From Acutalibacteraceae bacterium (GTDB lineage: Bacteria > Bacillota_I > Bacilli_A > RFN20 > CAG-449), in the NCBI GenBank assembly GCA_963610315.1, contig CAVDMV010000003.1, positions 39,146 through 103,145 of the forward strand: 64,000 nt of DNA. The letters run 5' to 3'. The notes beneath the pieces were generated by a model, which had not been told where the DNA came from, did not search any database, and worked only from the letters and a program-made list of their open reading frames with translations. Positions 39,037-48,545 of the stretch are shown here, piece by piece. A program made the position numbers and the translations under genes. How positions within the stretch are numbered: the stretch's first letter is position 1; each line of letters starts with the position of its first letter.

Positions 39037-39294
39037 TTATAAATTAGCTTCGAATACTTCTTGAAGAGCTTTTGCTGCTTCTTCTTCATCCGCACCTTCA
39101 ACTTCAATTAAAACTTCTTCATTAGATTTTACGCATAATCCCATTACACCAAAGATTCTCTTTAAATCAGCTTTTTTACCTTTGTTTGTAATAGAAACTG
39201 TAGAAGTATATTTTTTTGCTTCTGCAACGACAATTCCTGCAGGACGTGCATGAATGCCTTCTTTATCTTTAATTACATATGTGAATGATTTCAT
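39037..39294 (-). CDS. ptsH: phosphocarrier protein HPr
   Basis: 85 aa; active-site GIHARPAG (His15). Confidence 0.9.
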   Translation of the reverse strand: MKSFTYVIKDKEGIHARPAGIVVAEAKKYTSTVSITNKGKKADLKRIFGVMGLCVKSNEEVLIEVEGADEEEAAKALQEVFEANL

Positions 39295-39296
39295 AT

Positions 39297-41300
39297 TTAT
39301 TTTCTCTTTCCGATTCTAAGGCCTTTGAACTTACCAAGTTCTGGGTTTTCGACATCTTTCTTTAATAAGCTTAACATAAATGCTGTGATAATTGTACCAA
39401 TCGCTAAAGCAAGGAGATAGAAATACCATTTACCAACAACTGCGAATACGAAGATACCACCATGAGGTGCCATTAATGTACAACCGAATACAACACTTAA
39501 TAAACCTGCAACTGCTGCACCAACAACAGATGAAGAAATAACTCTTAATGGATCTTTTGCTGCATATGGAATTGCTCCTTCAGTAATAAAGCCAGCACCC
39601 ATAACATAGTTAACCATTGCTTCTTTTCTTTCTTCTTTTGTCCATTTTTGTGGGAATAATGTCGCGGATAATGCAATTCCTAGAGGAGGAACCATACCGC
39701 CAATCATAACTGCCGCCATCATTTGATAACAATAAGCTTGATATGCTGCATCAGTAGAACCAGCTGCTGCAGTTAACATTGCTGTACCGAAGACATATGC
39801 CGCTTTATTAATAGGGCCACCCATATCGATAGCCATCATTGCTGCAAGTAACGCACCAAGTAAAATTGTTAAATTGTTTTTACCTAACCAGTTTAAAGCA
39901 TTAGAGATACCAATGTTAATATATGTAAATGGAGTATTAATAACAAACATTACTAATCCAATAAGCGCAACACCAAAGACTGGATAAATTAACATAGGTT
40001 TAATACCATCAAGCGCTTTTGGCATTTTTTCTGTACATTTTTCTAATAACTTAATGATATAACCTGCAATAAACCCTGCCGCGACTGCTCCTAAGAAACC
40101 AGCAGTTGATCCTGTATCATTACCGGAAATTTGTACTCCGATTGAAAATGAAGATACGGTAGCAAGAGATCCTCCAACAAAGCCAATCGCTAAACCTGGT
40201 CTACCAGCAATAGAATAAGCGATAAATGCCGCTAAAACTGGTAACATGAAGTTAAATGCAACTCCTCCAGTAGTTTTTAAGAACCAAGATACTGGAGTAC
40301 CTGTACCGAAATTACCATCAGTAGGAACACCAGCGAAAGTATCAATCATAAATGCTAAAGCAATTAAGATACCACCACCGATAACGAATGGTAACATGTG
40401 AGAAACACCATTCATTAAGTGTTTATAAATTTGATGCCAAATAGAACCATCTGACTTAGTATCTTTTTTAGTTTGCTTATTATCTGAATGATATACAGGA
40501 GCTTCGTTATTAACAGCTTTTTTAATTAATTCTTTAGGTTCATGGATACCTTTACTTACGGTAGAAATAACGACGTGTTTTCCATCAAATCTATCCATTT
40601 CAACATTGACGTCTGCCGCGACTACAATGCCCTTTGCATGAGCGATTTCTTCATCTGTTAATAAGTTTTTAACGCCACCTGAACCATTAGTTTCAACTTT
40701 ACATGAATAGCCAAGTTCTTCAGCCGCTTTCTTAATTGATTCTTCTGCCATATATGTATGAGCGATACCATTAGGGCAACCTGTAACACCTAAGATTTCA
40801 GGATAATCGACACTAGGAGAAGCATTTTGTTCTTCTTCAATTCTATCTTTTTCCGCTTCATCAATGACTTTTAAGAATTCTTCTTTAGATGATGCGTTTA
40901 CTAAATTATTTTTAAAATTTTCATCCATTAATAAGTTAGATAATCTCGCAAGAACTTCTAAGTGAACATTATCTTCACTATTAGGCGCCGCGATTAAGAA
41001 TAATAAATTAACTTTTTCACCATCTAATGAATCATAATCAACACCATCTTTTAATACCATAGCCGCTAATGCAGGTTTAGTGACAACATCAGATTTACAA
41101 TGAGGAATTGCAATTCCTTCTCCGATACCAGTTGTTGATTCTTCTTCACGATGATAAACACCAGCTTTGTAAGTTTCTACATCTTTAATGACACCACTTT
41201 TTGAAATTAATGAGACAGCTTTTTCGATAACGTCATGTTTATCAGTAGCTGAAGCATTAATATCAATTGTTTCACTTGATAATAAATCTGTAATTTTCAT
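39297..41300 (-). CDS. fruA: PTS fructose-specific EIIABC
   Basis: 667 aa; N-terminal IIA(Fru) domain, IIB, C-terminal multi-TM IIC; adjacent fruK/fruR. Confidence 0.88.
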   Translation of the reverse strand: MKITDLLSSETIDINASATDKHDVIEKAVSLISKSGVIKDVETYKAGVYHREEESTTGIGEGIAIPHCKSDVVTKPALAAMVLKDGVDYDSLDGEKVNLLFLIAAPNSEDNVHLEVLARLSNLLMDENFKNNLVNASSKEEFLKVIDEAEKDRIEEEQNASPSVDYPEILGVTGCPNGIAHTYMAEESIKKAAEELGYSCKVETNGSGGVKNLLTDEEIAHAKGIVVAADVNVEMDRFDGKHVVISTVSKGIHEPKELIKKAVNNEAPVYHSDNKQTKKDTKSDGSIWHQIYKHLMNGVSHMLPFVIGGGILIALAFMIDTFAGVPTDGNFGTGTPVSWFLKTTGGVAFNFMLPVLAAFIAYSIAGRPGLAIGFVGGSLATVSSFSIGVQISGNDTGSTAGFLGAVAAGFIAGYIIKLLEKCTEKMPKALDGIKPMLIYPVFGVALIGLVMFVINTPFTYINIGISNALNWLGKNNLTILLGALLAAMMAIDMGGPINKAAYVFGTAMLTAAAGSTDAAYQAYCYQMMAAVMIGGMVPPLGIALSATLFPQKWTKEERKEAMVNYVMGAGFITEGAIPYAAKDPLRVISSSVVGAAVAGLLSVVFGCTLMAPHGGIFVFAVVGKWYFYLLALAIGTIITAFMLSLLKKDVENPELGKFKGLRIGKRK

Positions 41301-41312
41301 GTTACCCTCCTT

Positions 41313-42215
41313 CTATTTTATCAATTGTTCTAATTTTTCAACTTTTTCTAATGTGGCTAAATTTTCTGAAAAAGCTGAAGCACTTCCGCATGCAATTCCT
41401 CTCTTGAATGCTTTATATATATCATCGCTACGATAGTATTCATCAATAAATCCTGCAACTAATGAATCACCTGCGCCAACGGTGTTAATAACTTTTCCTT
41501 TTGGACAATCAGTTAATTTGTATTCTCCGTTACCTCTAACTAGTAATGCTCCGCTTCCACCAAGAGAAACGATGACATTTTGTGCTCCTAAAGAAATTAA
41601 TTTTTTTGCGTTTTCCACTAATTCTTCTTCATTACTAATTTTAACATTGAATAGTTCTTCTAATTCTTCCTTATTAGGTTTAACTAATACAGGATGATAT
41701 GGCAAAGTTTTAAGTAAGGTATCTTTTGTTGTATCAACAATTAATTGAACATTTTGATTTTTAATTCTTTCAAGAATTCTTTCATAAGTGTTGCTTGGTA
41801 AAGTATTTGGGATTGCTCCAGAAATTACTAAGACATCATTTGAAGTAAGATTAGTAAGTTTTTCAATTAATGTTTCAATATCTTGATCTTCAACTCTCGG
41901 TCCTTGACCATTGATTGCAGTTTCAACCATACCTTTTATTTTTACATTAATTCTAGTATTACCATTTAAATGAACGAAATCACTTTCAATATTATGTGCT
42001 TTCATTTCATCTTCGATATACTTACCAATAAAGCCTCCGACAAAACCCATCGCAACAGATTTTGTTCCTAAGTTTGATAAAACTAATGAAACGTTTATTC
42101 CTTTGCCACCAGGAAGCATTGTTTCCTTCTTAGTTCTATTAATTGCACCAACTTCTAGTTTGTCTAAATCAACAATATAGTCAAGTGCAGGAGAAAATGT
42201 AACTGTATATATCAT
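41313..42215 (-). CDS. fruK: 1-phosphofructokinase (pfkB family)
   Basis: Ribokinase-like fold with GGKGIN and GAGDS motifs; 300 aa. Confidence 0.88.
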   Translation of the reverse strand: MIYTVTFSPALDYIVDLDKLEVGAINRTKKETMLPGGKGINVSLVLSNLGTKSVAMGFVGGFIGKYIEDEMKAHNIESDFVHLNGNTRINVKIKGMVETAINGQGPRVEDQDIETLIEKLTNLTSNDVLVISGAIPNTLPSNTYERILERIKNQNVQLIVDTTKDTLLKTLPYHPVLVKPNKEELEELFNVKISNEEELVENAKKLISLGAQNVIVSLGGSGALLVRGNGEYKLTDCPKGKVINTVGAGDSLVAGFIDEYYRSDDIYKAFKRGIACGSASAFSENLATLEKVEKLEQLIK

Positions 42216-42965
42216 CTATTTATTCACCTCCAATACATTTTCTTTTTTATATTCTTTATTTTTAATTTTGTCTGTTATTAATGTTGCTTCGTTAAAGGAA
42301 GCAAATTTAACACCTTGTTCAAAACCTAATTTACTATTATCTGCGATTACATAAGCTTTAATACTTCTATTAAGGGCGGTCTTTTTAATCATTGCTTCTT
42401 CATAATCAGGAGTAGTATAACCTTGTGATAATGAAATAGCGTTCGCTCCAAAGAAGCCTATATCAAATGTAAATCTTTTAATCGTTTCTACTGGGAAAGA
42501 ACCAACAAATGCATCAGTTGATAATTTAATTTCTCCACCAGTAACATAAACTTTATATTTTCTTTTAGTTAGTTTTTGAGCGATAGTCATTGAGTTAGTA
42601 ACAAAGATGTTGCCACTTGATTTTATATAATCACATAAGCAAGAAGTTGTTGTTCCAGCATCTATATAAACTAATGTATTATCCTTAATTAAAGAAGCAG
42701 CGTATTGAGCGATTGAATTCTTTTCATCAACATGGAGTGAAGCTTTTTCATTCATATTTAACTCTTTTAATGAAGTTTTATTATTTTGAATAGATTTTGC
42801 TCCACCATGAAGTCTAATAATTTTACCTTCTTTTTCAAGATGAACTAAATCGCCGCGGATTGTTGATTCGCTAGAAGAAGTTTTTTTCATTAATTCATGT
42901 AACGATACATATTCTTTTTCATTAAGTAAATCAAGTATCATTTGTAATCTTAAATTTTTAAGCAC
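42216..42965 (-). CDS. fruR: DeoR-family transcriptional repressor of the fructose operon
   Basis: N-terminal DeoR HTH plus C-terminal sugar-phosphate sensor domain; 249 aa. Confidence 0.85.
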   Translation of the reverse strand: MLKNLRLQMILDLLNEKEYVSLHELMKKTSSSESTIRGDLVHLEKEGKIIRLHGGAKSIQNNKTSLKELNMNEKASLHVDEKNSIAQYAASLIKDNTLVYIDAGTTTSCLCDYIKSSGNIFVTNSMTIAQKLTKRKYKVYVTGGEIKLSTDAFVGSFPVETIKRFTFDIGFFGANAISLSQGYTTPDYEEAMIKKTALNRSIKAYVIADNSKLGFEQGVKFASFNEATLITDKIKNKEYKKENVLEVNK

Positions 42966-43376
42966 AAGGTCATCACCTCTAATTTAATTATAAAAGCGCT
43001 TACATTTAAAAAGCAACAAAAAACATTAATTTTCATTATAAATCATTAATTCGAAATACTATTAATTATCAAAGATAATTAAAAATCATCAGATATTTTT
43101 TTATTATTTTTTCAACATCTCGTTTTAACGGGATTTATAGTAATTTTTATTGTTTTATATTTTAATATTTGATTAATACTACTTGTTAGAAATTAAGGTT
43201 ATAAAAAATTGGATAAGGAAAAATACGTATTTGAAAATATTAATAAAGAATCTATAGACAATAATTATCATATTCAACTAATATAAAAAGAAAAACTAAG
43301 AAGATCATTATTCCTCTTAGTTTTATCATACGAAGTAGGGGTTTAAGCCCCTCTGGTGAAAATTGGTGGATTTACA

Positions 43377-43433
43377 AATAAAAAGATAATCGATTTACAA
43401 AATAAGTTTTGTATCTTGATTATCTTTTTTTTA
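43377..43433. terminator. long bidirectional terminator hairpin (20-nt imperfect palindrome arms)
   Basis: AAGATAATCGATTTACAAAAtaagTTTTGTATCTTGATTATCTT flanked by an A-run and a T-run; 3' of tRNA-Ser on the minus strand. Confidence 0.6.
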
Positions 43434-43485
43434 TATGGGTGTAATAATTTGACGTATGCGTTTCTTTTATCATCGTTTTATATCT

Positions 43486-43573
43486 ATGGCGGAGAAAGGG
43501 GGATTTGAACCCCCGCGGATTACTCCCTGTCAGTTTTCGAAACTGATCTCTTCGGCCACTTGAGTATTTCTCC
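43486..43573 (-). tRNA. tRNA-Ser (anticodon CGA), class II with long variable arm
   Basis: Reverse complement folds with acceptor GGAGAAA/TTTCTCC, anticodon loop TTCGAAA, long variable arm, encoded CCA. Confidence 0.85.
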
Positions 43574-43671
43574 GTTTCTAAATTATAGCAAAAGGACCAA
43601 AAAATTAAAATAATTTCTTTCGTTTGATATAATATATCAAATTGACTATAATAAAAAGAAGAGGTGGCCTC

Positions 43672-45408
43672 ATGGATAAAATTATTGAATTTTTTCAAAA
43701 CTTAAATTTTGATAAATTTATTAGTTATTTAAAAGATTATAGATTTTGGATTGTTATCGCTGCGATTGTTTTATTAATCATTTTAAGTATAACTGTCATT
43801 ATATATTATAAAAAAGACTATAAAAGAATTGCTTTAAATTATGAAGATTACAATACTAGATATTTCTCTATTCATTATGAAGAACAATATGTTTATTCCG
43901 TTGATGATAAGACATTGACAAAGAAAAGAAAAGAAAATCTTGATTGGTTCTATTCTTCATTTATTCCACAAGATAAATTAAGAGTTATCGTTTGGATTAA
44001 TGCTTTACAAAAAGAAGATACAAAAGCTTCTAATTACTTAGAAGTCCATACGAAAATTCAATTTCCTAAAAGAAATGTTTATACAATTCTTACAGTAACT
44101 AGTATTAATTATGAAAAGAAGATCATTCATATAGAATCAAGAATCTTCCCTAATATTAAAAAATCTCGTATGGAATTAGGTAGAAAATTAAATATCAAAA
44201 ATGAAAAAGATATGCCTTCCTTATTAAACGAAAAAAAAGATTCTCCTTGCACAATGTTCTTATGTCAATTATTTACCGAAGAGAATAGTTCAACTAAAAT
44301 TACTAATATCTTAGTTACAATCTTACTTTCGAGATTACTAAAATTCACATCAAAAAATAGACTCATCTGTTCAACAGAAAATAATTATATTGCAATTGTA
44401 AGCTTTAATTCATGTACAGATGTAGAAGTTTCTTCTTTAGGTAACAAAATCGCAAAAGAAATATCAAAGATCTTATTCTTAAGTTCCATTTCAAATAATA
44501 TTTCTTTTAAAATCGGAATTATTAAAGACTCTAATAGAGAATATGATTTCTATAAATTAGTTTCTATTGGTGAAGAAATTACTAATTATGCATATCAAAA
44601 CGAATTATCAAGTAATGTTATTATTTATAACCAAAATATGAACTATCAAATTGAACAAGATTCAGAAGATATTGATGAATTAAAATCTGTTCTCAATGAA
44701 AATTTATTTACTCAAACTATTACTCCAATATTAAATACAAAAGGACAAGTATTTGGTTATGATATTAATTTCAATGTCATATCCGATAAAATTAAGTCCT
44801 TTGAAGAATTACAAACTATCGCCCTTGATAATAATTATACATTCGAATTAGAATCCGTATTTTATCGTAACGCACATTCATTGTTTATTGGGCATGCACC
44901 AAGAACAAATCAATATATCTTGTTTGATATAAAACCAGATTGTTGCAATTACATAAAAGATATTATTGCAAGTAATCAATCTGCAAAAAAAGCTCAAACA
45001 ATCTTTGTATTAAAAGATTATGATGTAAATGATGATCTAATAACTAAATTACAAGAATTAGAAACATCAGGAATTAATTTTGCATTAGAAATTACTTCTA
45101 CAACATTAACATTAAGCGCTGAATTAATGAAGATTTTCCCTTATTTCATATTAAGAGAAACTACATTCGACAGCAGTTTCACTGGTCAATATCTTGCTTT
45201 CTTTAGCGATATGGTCAATAGAATTTCTACTTATAAAGGAAAAATTATCGCAACTGGTGTCTCATCTTGGTCAAACATTGAAATATTATTAAATTTAAAC
45301 GTTGGATTAATCTCTTCAAAACAAATTGCTCAATCAACTGCTGGTATGCCAACAATTGATGATAAGAGAATTGAAAAGCTTATTTCATTAAAAAAAGAAA
45401 ATAAATAA
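43672..45408 (+). CDS. membrane-anchored protein with degenerate (probably non-catalytic) EAL domain
   Basis: N-terminal TM helix; C-terminal region aligns to EAL blocks (ITPILNTKGQVFGYDINF; FALEITSTTL) but the EAL and DDFGTGYSS catalytic motifs are not conserved; start at MDKII after AGAGGTGG. Confidence 0.55.
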   Translation: MDKIIEFFQNLNFDKFISYLKDYRFWIVIAAIVLLIILSITVIIYYKKDYKRIALNYEDYNTRYFSIHYEEQYVYSVDDKTLTKKRKENLDWFYSSFIPQDKLRVIVWINALQKEDTKASNYLEVHTKIQFPKRNVYTILTVTSINYEKKIIHIESRIFPNIKKSRMELGRKLNIKNEKDMPSLLNEKKDSPCTMFLCQLFTEENSSTKITNILVTILLSRLLKFTSKNRLICSTENNYIAIVSFNSCTDVEVSSLGNKIAKEISKILFLSSISNNISFKIGIIKDSNREYDFYKLVSIGEEITNYAYQNELSSNVIIYNQNMNYQIEQDSEDIDELKSVLNENLFTQTITPILNTKGQVFGYDINFNVISDKIKSFEELQTIALDNNYTFELESVFYRNAHSLFIGHAPRTNQYILFDIKPDCCNYIKDIIASNQSAKKAQTIFVLKDYDVNDDLITKLQELETSGINFALEITSTTLTLSAELMKIFPYFILRETTFDSSFTGQYLAFFSDMVNRISTYKGKIIATGVSSWSNIEILLNLNVGLISSKQIAQSTAGMPTIDDKRIEKLISLKKENK

Positions 45409-45435
45409 AAATAAGTAATAAAAAATAGTTTCGCT

Positions 45436-46065
45436 TCATCTCACGAAACTATTTTTTTGTTTGTTCATTTGATTTTTTTGATATATTAGATGAACTAATC
45501 CATCTAATTGTAATTGATCAATTGATGCGATATTTTCTTTTTCTTTTTCATCAACAAATCCATATAATTCACTTTCATTGATAATAGCTAAATTCTTTGG
45601 CATTCCTTCAATATCATCAATTAAGCAAGAATCATTACATACGCAGATGCCTACAAATAAATCTTCTTCTTTAACATTTAATGCACTGATTAAATAATCT
45701 AGTCTAGCTTTATGAAGAAGCATTGGATTTTTACCAACTGCTCTAGTATTTTTTTCATCATATTTGAACCATTGATCATCCGCAAATTTACCAGATAAAC
45801 CACCTCTTAATGATAAATTAGATATACAGTAAATATATTTGTTACCAAATAATATGTGATTAAAATGAATTGTTTTTGTATCAATTTCTATTTCAATGTT
45901 ATTAATTAAATATAAGTCTTTATCTTTAGCAATTTGATAAGTGTAATCGTAGACACGTTTAAAGAATTGCTTGTCATCTTGATGTTCTTTTATAACAGGC
46001 AAGAGTAAAACAAGCAATGAAATTACAACGAAAACAGTTACAAAACAAATTGCGCCAACTAACAT
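45436..46065 (-). CDS. NERD-domain membrane-anchored protein
   Basis: N-terminal TM helix then NERD-like block IEIDTKTIHFNHILFGNKYIYCISNLSLRGGLSG...W. Confidence 0.5.
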   Translation of the reverse strand: MLVGAICFVTVFVVISLLVLLLPVIKEHQDDKQFFKRVYDYTYQIAKDKDLYLINNIEIEIDTKTIHFNHILFGNKYIYCISNLSLRGGLSGKFADDQWFKYDEKNTRAVGKNPMLLHKARLDYLISALNVKEEDLFVGICVCNDSCLIDDIEGMPKNLAIINESELYGFVDEKEKENIASIDQLQLDGLVHLIYQKNQMNKQKNSFVR

Positions 46066-46078
46066 AAATTAATACCTA

Positions 46079-46780
46079 TTATGCAATTTCTAAAGCTACT
46101 TCCATCATTTGTTTGAAAGATGTTTGTCTTTCTTCAGCAGTTGTTTCTTCTTTAGAAGTAAATGAATCGGAAACTGTTAAAATACAAAGCGCTTTTTTGC
46201 CTAAATAAGCTGCAGTTGAATATAATGCATAAGATTCCATTTCAACCGCCATACAGCCCATTTTAGCCCATTTTTTCCATACTTCTGGTTGATCGTTATA
46301 GAAAATGTCACTTGATAAAATATTTCCTACATGGGCTGGAAATTTCTTTTCTTGGCATACGTCGTATGCTTTCTTTAATAAATCAAAGTCAGCAATCGCA
46401 GAGAATGTACCTGGTAAGCCATATTGATGTGACCAATTAGAATTTGTACAAGCTCCTTGCGCTAAAATTAAATCGTATAATTTACATTCTGGAACATATG
46501 CTCCGCAGCTACCAATTCTAATGATATTTTTTACGCCGTAAAAAGCATATAATTCATAGCAATAAATACCAATAGAAGGCATACCCATACCAGATCCCAT
46601 AACTGATACTTTCTTTCCTTTATAATATCCTGTATAAGCTAATGCATTTCTAACTCCATTTACAAGTTTTGCATCTTCTAAAAATGTTTCTGCAATAAAT
46701 TTTGCTCTAAGTGGATCTCCTGGTAATAAAACTGTTTCTGCGAAATCACCTAAAGATGCACTGTTGTGTGGTGTTGCCAT
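46079..46780 (-). CDS. deoD: purine nucleoside phosphorylase (DeoD-type)
   Basis: MATPHNSASLGDFAETVLLPGDPLRAKFIAETFLEDA nearly identical to E. coli DeoD N-terminus; 233 aa. Confidence 0.93.
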   Translation of the reverse strand: MATPHNSASLGDFAETVLLPGDPLRAKFIAETFLEDAKLVNGVRNALAYTGYYKGKKVSVMGSGMGMPSIGIYCYELYAFYGVKNIIRIGSCGAYVPECKLYDLILAQGACTNSNWSHQYGLPGTFSAIADFDLLKKAYDVCQEKKFPAHVGNILSSDIFYNDQPEVWKKWAKMGCMAVEMESYALYSTAAYLGKKALCILTVSDSFTSKEETTAEERQTSFKQMMEVALEIA

Positions 46781-46939
46781 AAAATTCCTCCTTAAAAATA
46801 TACCTCTATTATACCAAATTATTTTTAAAATATAACCTATAATTTTATTAAGTAAATAAATTGATATTTTAATCGTTATTTAAGGTTATAAAGATTATCT
46901 AAATATTCTTTTAAAAGGCAATATTAAAGCAAAATCATA

Positions 46940-47671
46940 TTATTTTAGAATATCATTATCATAAAATTTAATGCTTAAGACAGGCCATTTAATTTTAGAA
47001 TAATTTCTATCCCTACTATTAAGTTTACGGCCTGATGGTTGATAAATAAGTCCTCCAAAATGAATATTTTTATTATTTGGTTTTTCTTCTTTTAAAATCA
47101 TGTCATAAATTTGATCAGTATCTAATAAGAAGCCTTTTTCTGGATTACCATAATAAAAATAATCCATTGGTTCACGTTCTGGGTTATTGCCTGCAATAAC
47201 AGTATGATAAACAATTTTTTTAATAATTTCTTTATTAGAATTTAATTCTTCGTTAGCTTGAATAATATATTCACTATATTTTTCAATTATTTCATCTTTT
47301 GTTAATGGTTCACCATTGTTACCTAATTTTTTTGAAGCCCCAAAATGATAGAAAGAAATAATGTGCCGAGTTCTACTACTAACACCTATTTTCTTTAAGA
47401 ATTGAAAGAAATCATAAAAATATTCTTGGTGAATAGATGGATTACTTCCTGACTTAATTGAAACATTAATTCTTGATTTACGAACTTTAATTGTTATATC
47501 TGGTTTAGCTCTTCGATCATCAAAAGAATAAGCTTTTATTAAGTCATTATCTTCAACAAAAGAAAACATCCTCTTAATATTTTCTTTCCATAAAGGGCTT
47601 AAATCCTTATATTTTTTATTATTTAGAACATCTATAATGTCGAATTCATTTTTTTCTCCGATATTTGGCAT
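46940..47671 (-). CDS. hypothetical protein (243 aa), possible nuclease-like fold
   Basis: Complete ORF with RBS; no family recognised; weak PD-(D/E)xK-like spacing (KPDITIKVRK); lies between deoD and the tRNA remnants. Confidence 0.45.
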   Translation of the reverse strand: MPNIGEKNEFDIIDVLNNKKYKDLSPLWKENIKRMFSFVEDNDLIKAYSFDDRRAKPDITIKVRKSRINVSIKSGSNPSIHQEYFYDFFQFLKKIGVSSRTRHIISFYHFGASKKLGNNGEPLTKDEIIEKYSEYIIQANEELNSNKEIIKKIVYHTVIAGNNPEREPMDYFYYGNPEKGFLLDTDQIYDMILKEEKPNNKNIHFGGLIYQPSGRKLNSRDRNYSKIKWPVLSIKFYDNDILK

Positions 47672-47740
47672 GTTTTTTAACCTCCTAAATATATCTTTTG
47701 AGGTTTTAAAGAAAAATCCTAAATAATTTTATTTTTATTT

Positions 47741-47840
47741 AACCGATCGGTCGGGGTTCGAGCGGAGATAGTCCCATCCTCACCTATTGGATTAGAAGAG
47801 GCTTAACTCGTCATTCACGGTGTTCGAATCCTTATAGAAC
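47741..47840 (+). pseudogene. degenerate tRNA-Asn 3' half fused to a truncated tRNA-Glu-like copy, inverted relative to the functional genes
   Basis: TTAACCGATCGGTCGGGGTTCGAG matches the tRNA-Asn T-arm; CCTATTGGATTAGAAGAGGCTTAACTC...GTTCGAATCC matches tRNA-Glu but lacks the anticodon stem. Confidence 0.5.
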
Positions 47841-47865
47841 AAAAAAAGCACCTATTACAGTGCTC
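47841..47865 (-). terminator. Rho-independent terminator of the tRNA-Asn/tRNA-Glu operon
   Basis: AGCACTGTAATAGGTGCT hairpin followed by TTTTTTT on the minus strand. Confidence 0.6.
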
Positions 47866-47877
47866 ATATTTCCAAAT

Positions 47878-47954
47878 TGGTGACCTATACGGGATTCGAA
47901 CCCATGAATGCATGCGTGAAAGGCATGTGAGTTAAGCCTCTTCTCCAATAGGCC
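47878..47954 (-). tRNA. tRNA-Glu (anticodon UUC)
   Basis: Reverse complement GGCCTATTGG...CTTTCAC...GGGTTCGAATCCCGTATAGGTCACCA; anticodon loop CTTTCAC; similar to Bacillus tRNA-Glu. Confidence 0.85.
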
Positions 47955-47960
47955 AGAGGA

Positions 47961-48036
47961 TGGCGCCTATCGAGGGACTCGAACCCACGACCGATCGGTT
48001 AACAGCCGATTGCTCTACCGACTGAGCTAGATAGGC
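47961..48036 (-). tRNA. tRNA-Asn (anticodon GUU)
   Basis: Reverse complement GCCTATCTAGCTCAGTCGGTAGAGCAATCGGCTGTTAACCGATCGGTCGTGGGTTCGAGTCCCTCGATAGGCGCCA; anticodon loop CTGTTAA. Confidence 0.9.
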
Positions 48037-48073
48037 ACTTTGCCAAAGCTTTGGATTGCTTCAAGCAAGTAAG

Positions 48074-48102
48074 ATATTACCATAGCAATCGGCTGTTTGC
48101 AA
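48074..48102 (-). promoter_or_regulatory. sigma-A promoter of the tRNA-Asn/Glu operon (-35 TTGCAA, 17-nt spacer, -10 TAATAT)
   Basis: Consensus-like hexamers; downstream leader shares an 18/19-nt element with the tRNA-Thr leader. Confidence 0.5.
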
Positions 48103-48116
48103 GAGTTTTTTTAAAA

Positions 48117-48341
48117 TTAATTCATTTTTTTTGAAATTGCTTCAACAATATCTTTAACATATTTGAAAGATAACATTTCTTCGTTACTAAATTCAATGTT
48201 ATATTTTTCTTCCATTTCTAATAAAACATCAACTACATCAAGGGAATCTAGTCCTAATTCTTTAATTGTGCTGTCCATTGTTACATCTTTGTTTTTTGCA
48301 ATCTTTTTTAATCCTGAAATTACTTCTTCTGAAATATTCAT
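48117..48341 (-). CDS. acyl carrier protein (copy 3, stand-alone)
   Basis: 74 aa, acidic; phosphopantetheine site LGLDSLDVV. Confidence 0.7.
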   Translation of the reverse strand: MNISEEVISGLKKIAKNKDVTMDSTIKELGLDSLDVVDVLLEMEEKYNIEFSNEEMLSFKYVKDIVEAISKKMN

Positions 48342-48545
48342 ATAAAATCTTGTACTATATATTAATCTATATATAATACATCTCCTTTCTCTTTAGACAA
48401 AAAATATTATAACAAATATTATTTTTTTATACAATAATGTATTTTTTCATATATTTATAATACACTTTTGATATAATTGTTCATAAAATTCTTTTAATTA
48501 TTATACATTATGTTATAATTTGTTCATTACTAGAGAGGTATTTTC

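Noticed and set aside
43420-43698. 92-aa ORF on the minus strand
   Set aside because: Overlaps the tRNA-Ser gene (43486-43573) and the start of the EAL-like gene; no RBS; spurious.
48003-48106. 13-nt inverted match (ACAGCCGATTGCT) between the tRNA-Asn body and the spacer of its own promoter
   Set aside because: The promoter copy lies upstream of the predicted TSS so cannot pair in the transcript; most likely a coincidence or a relic of tRNA duplication; insufficient support.
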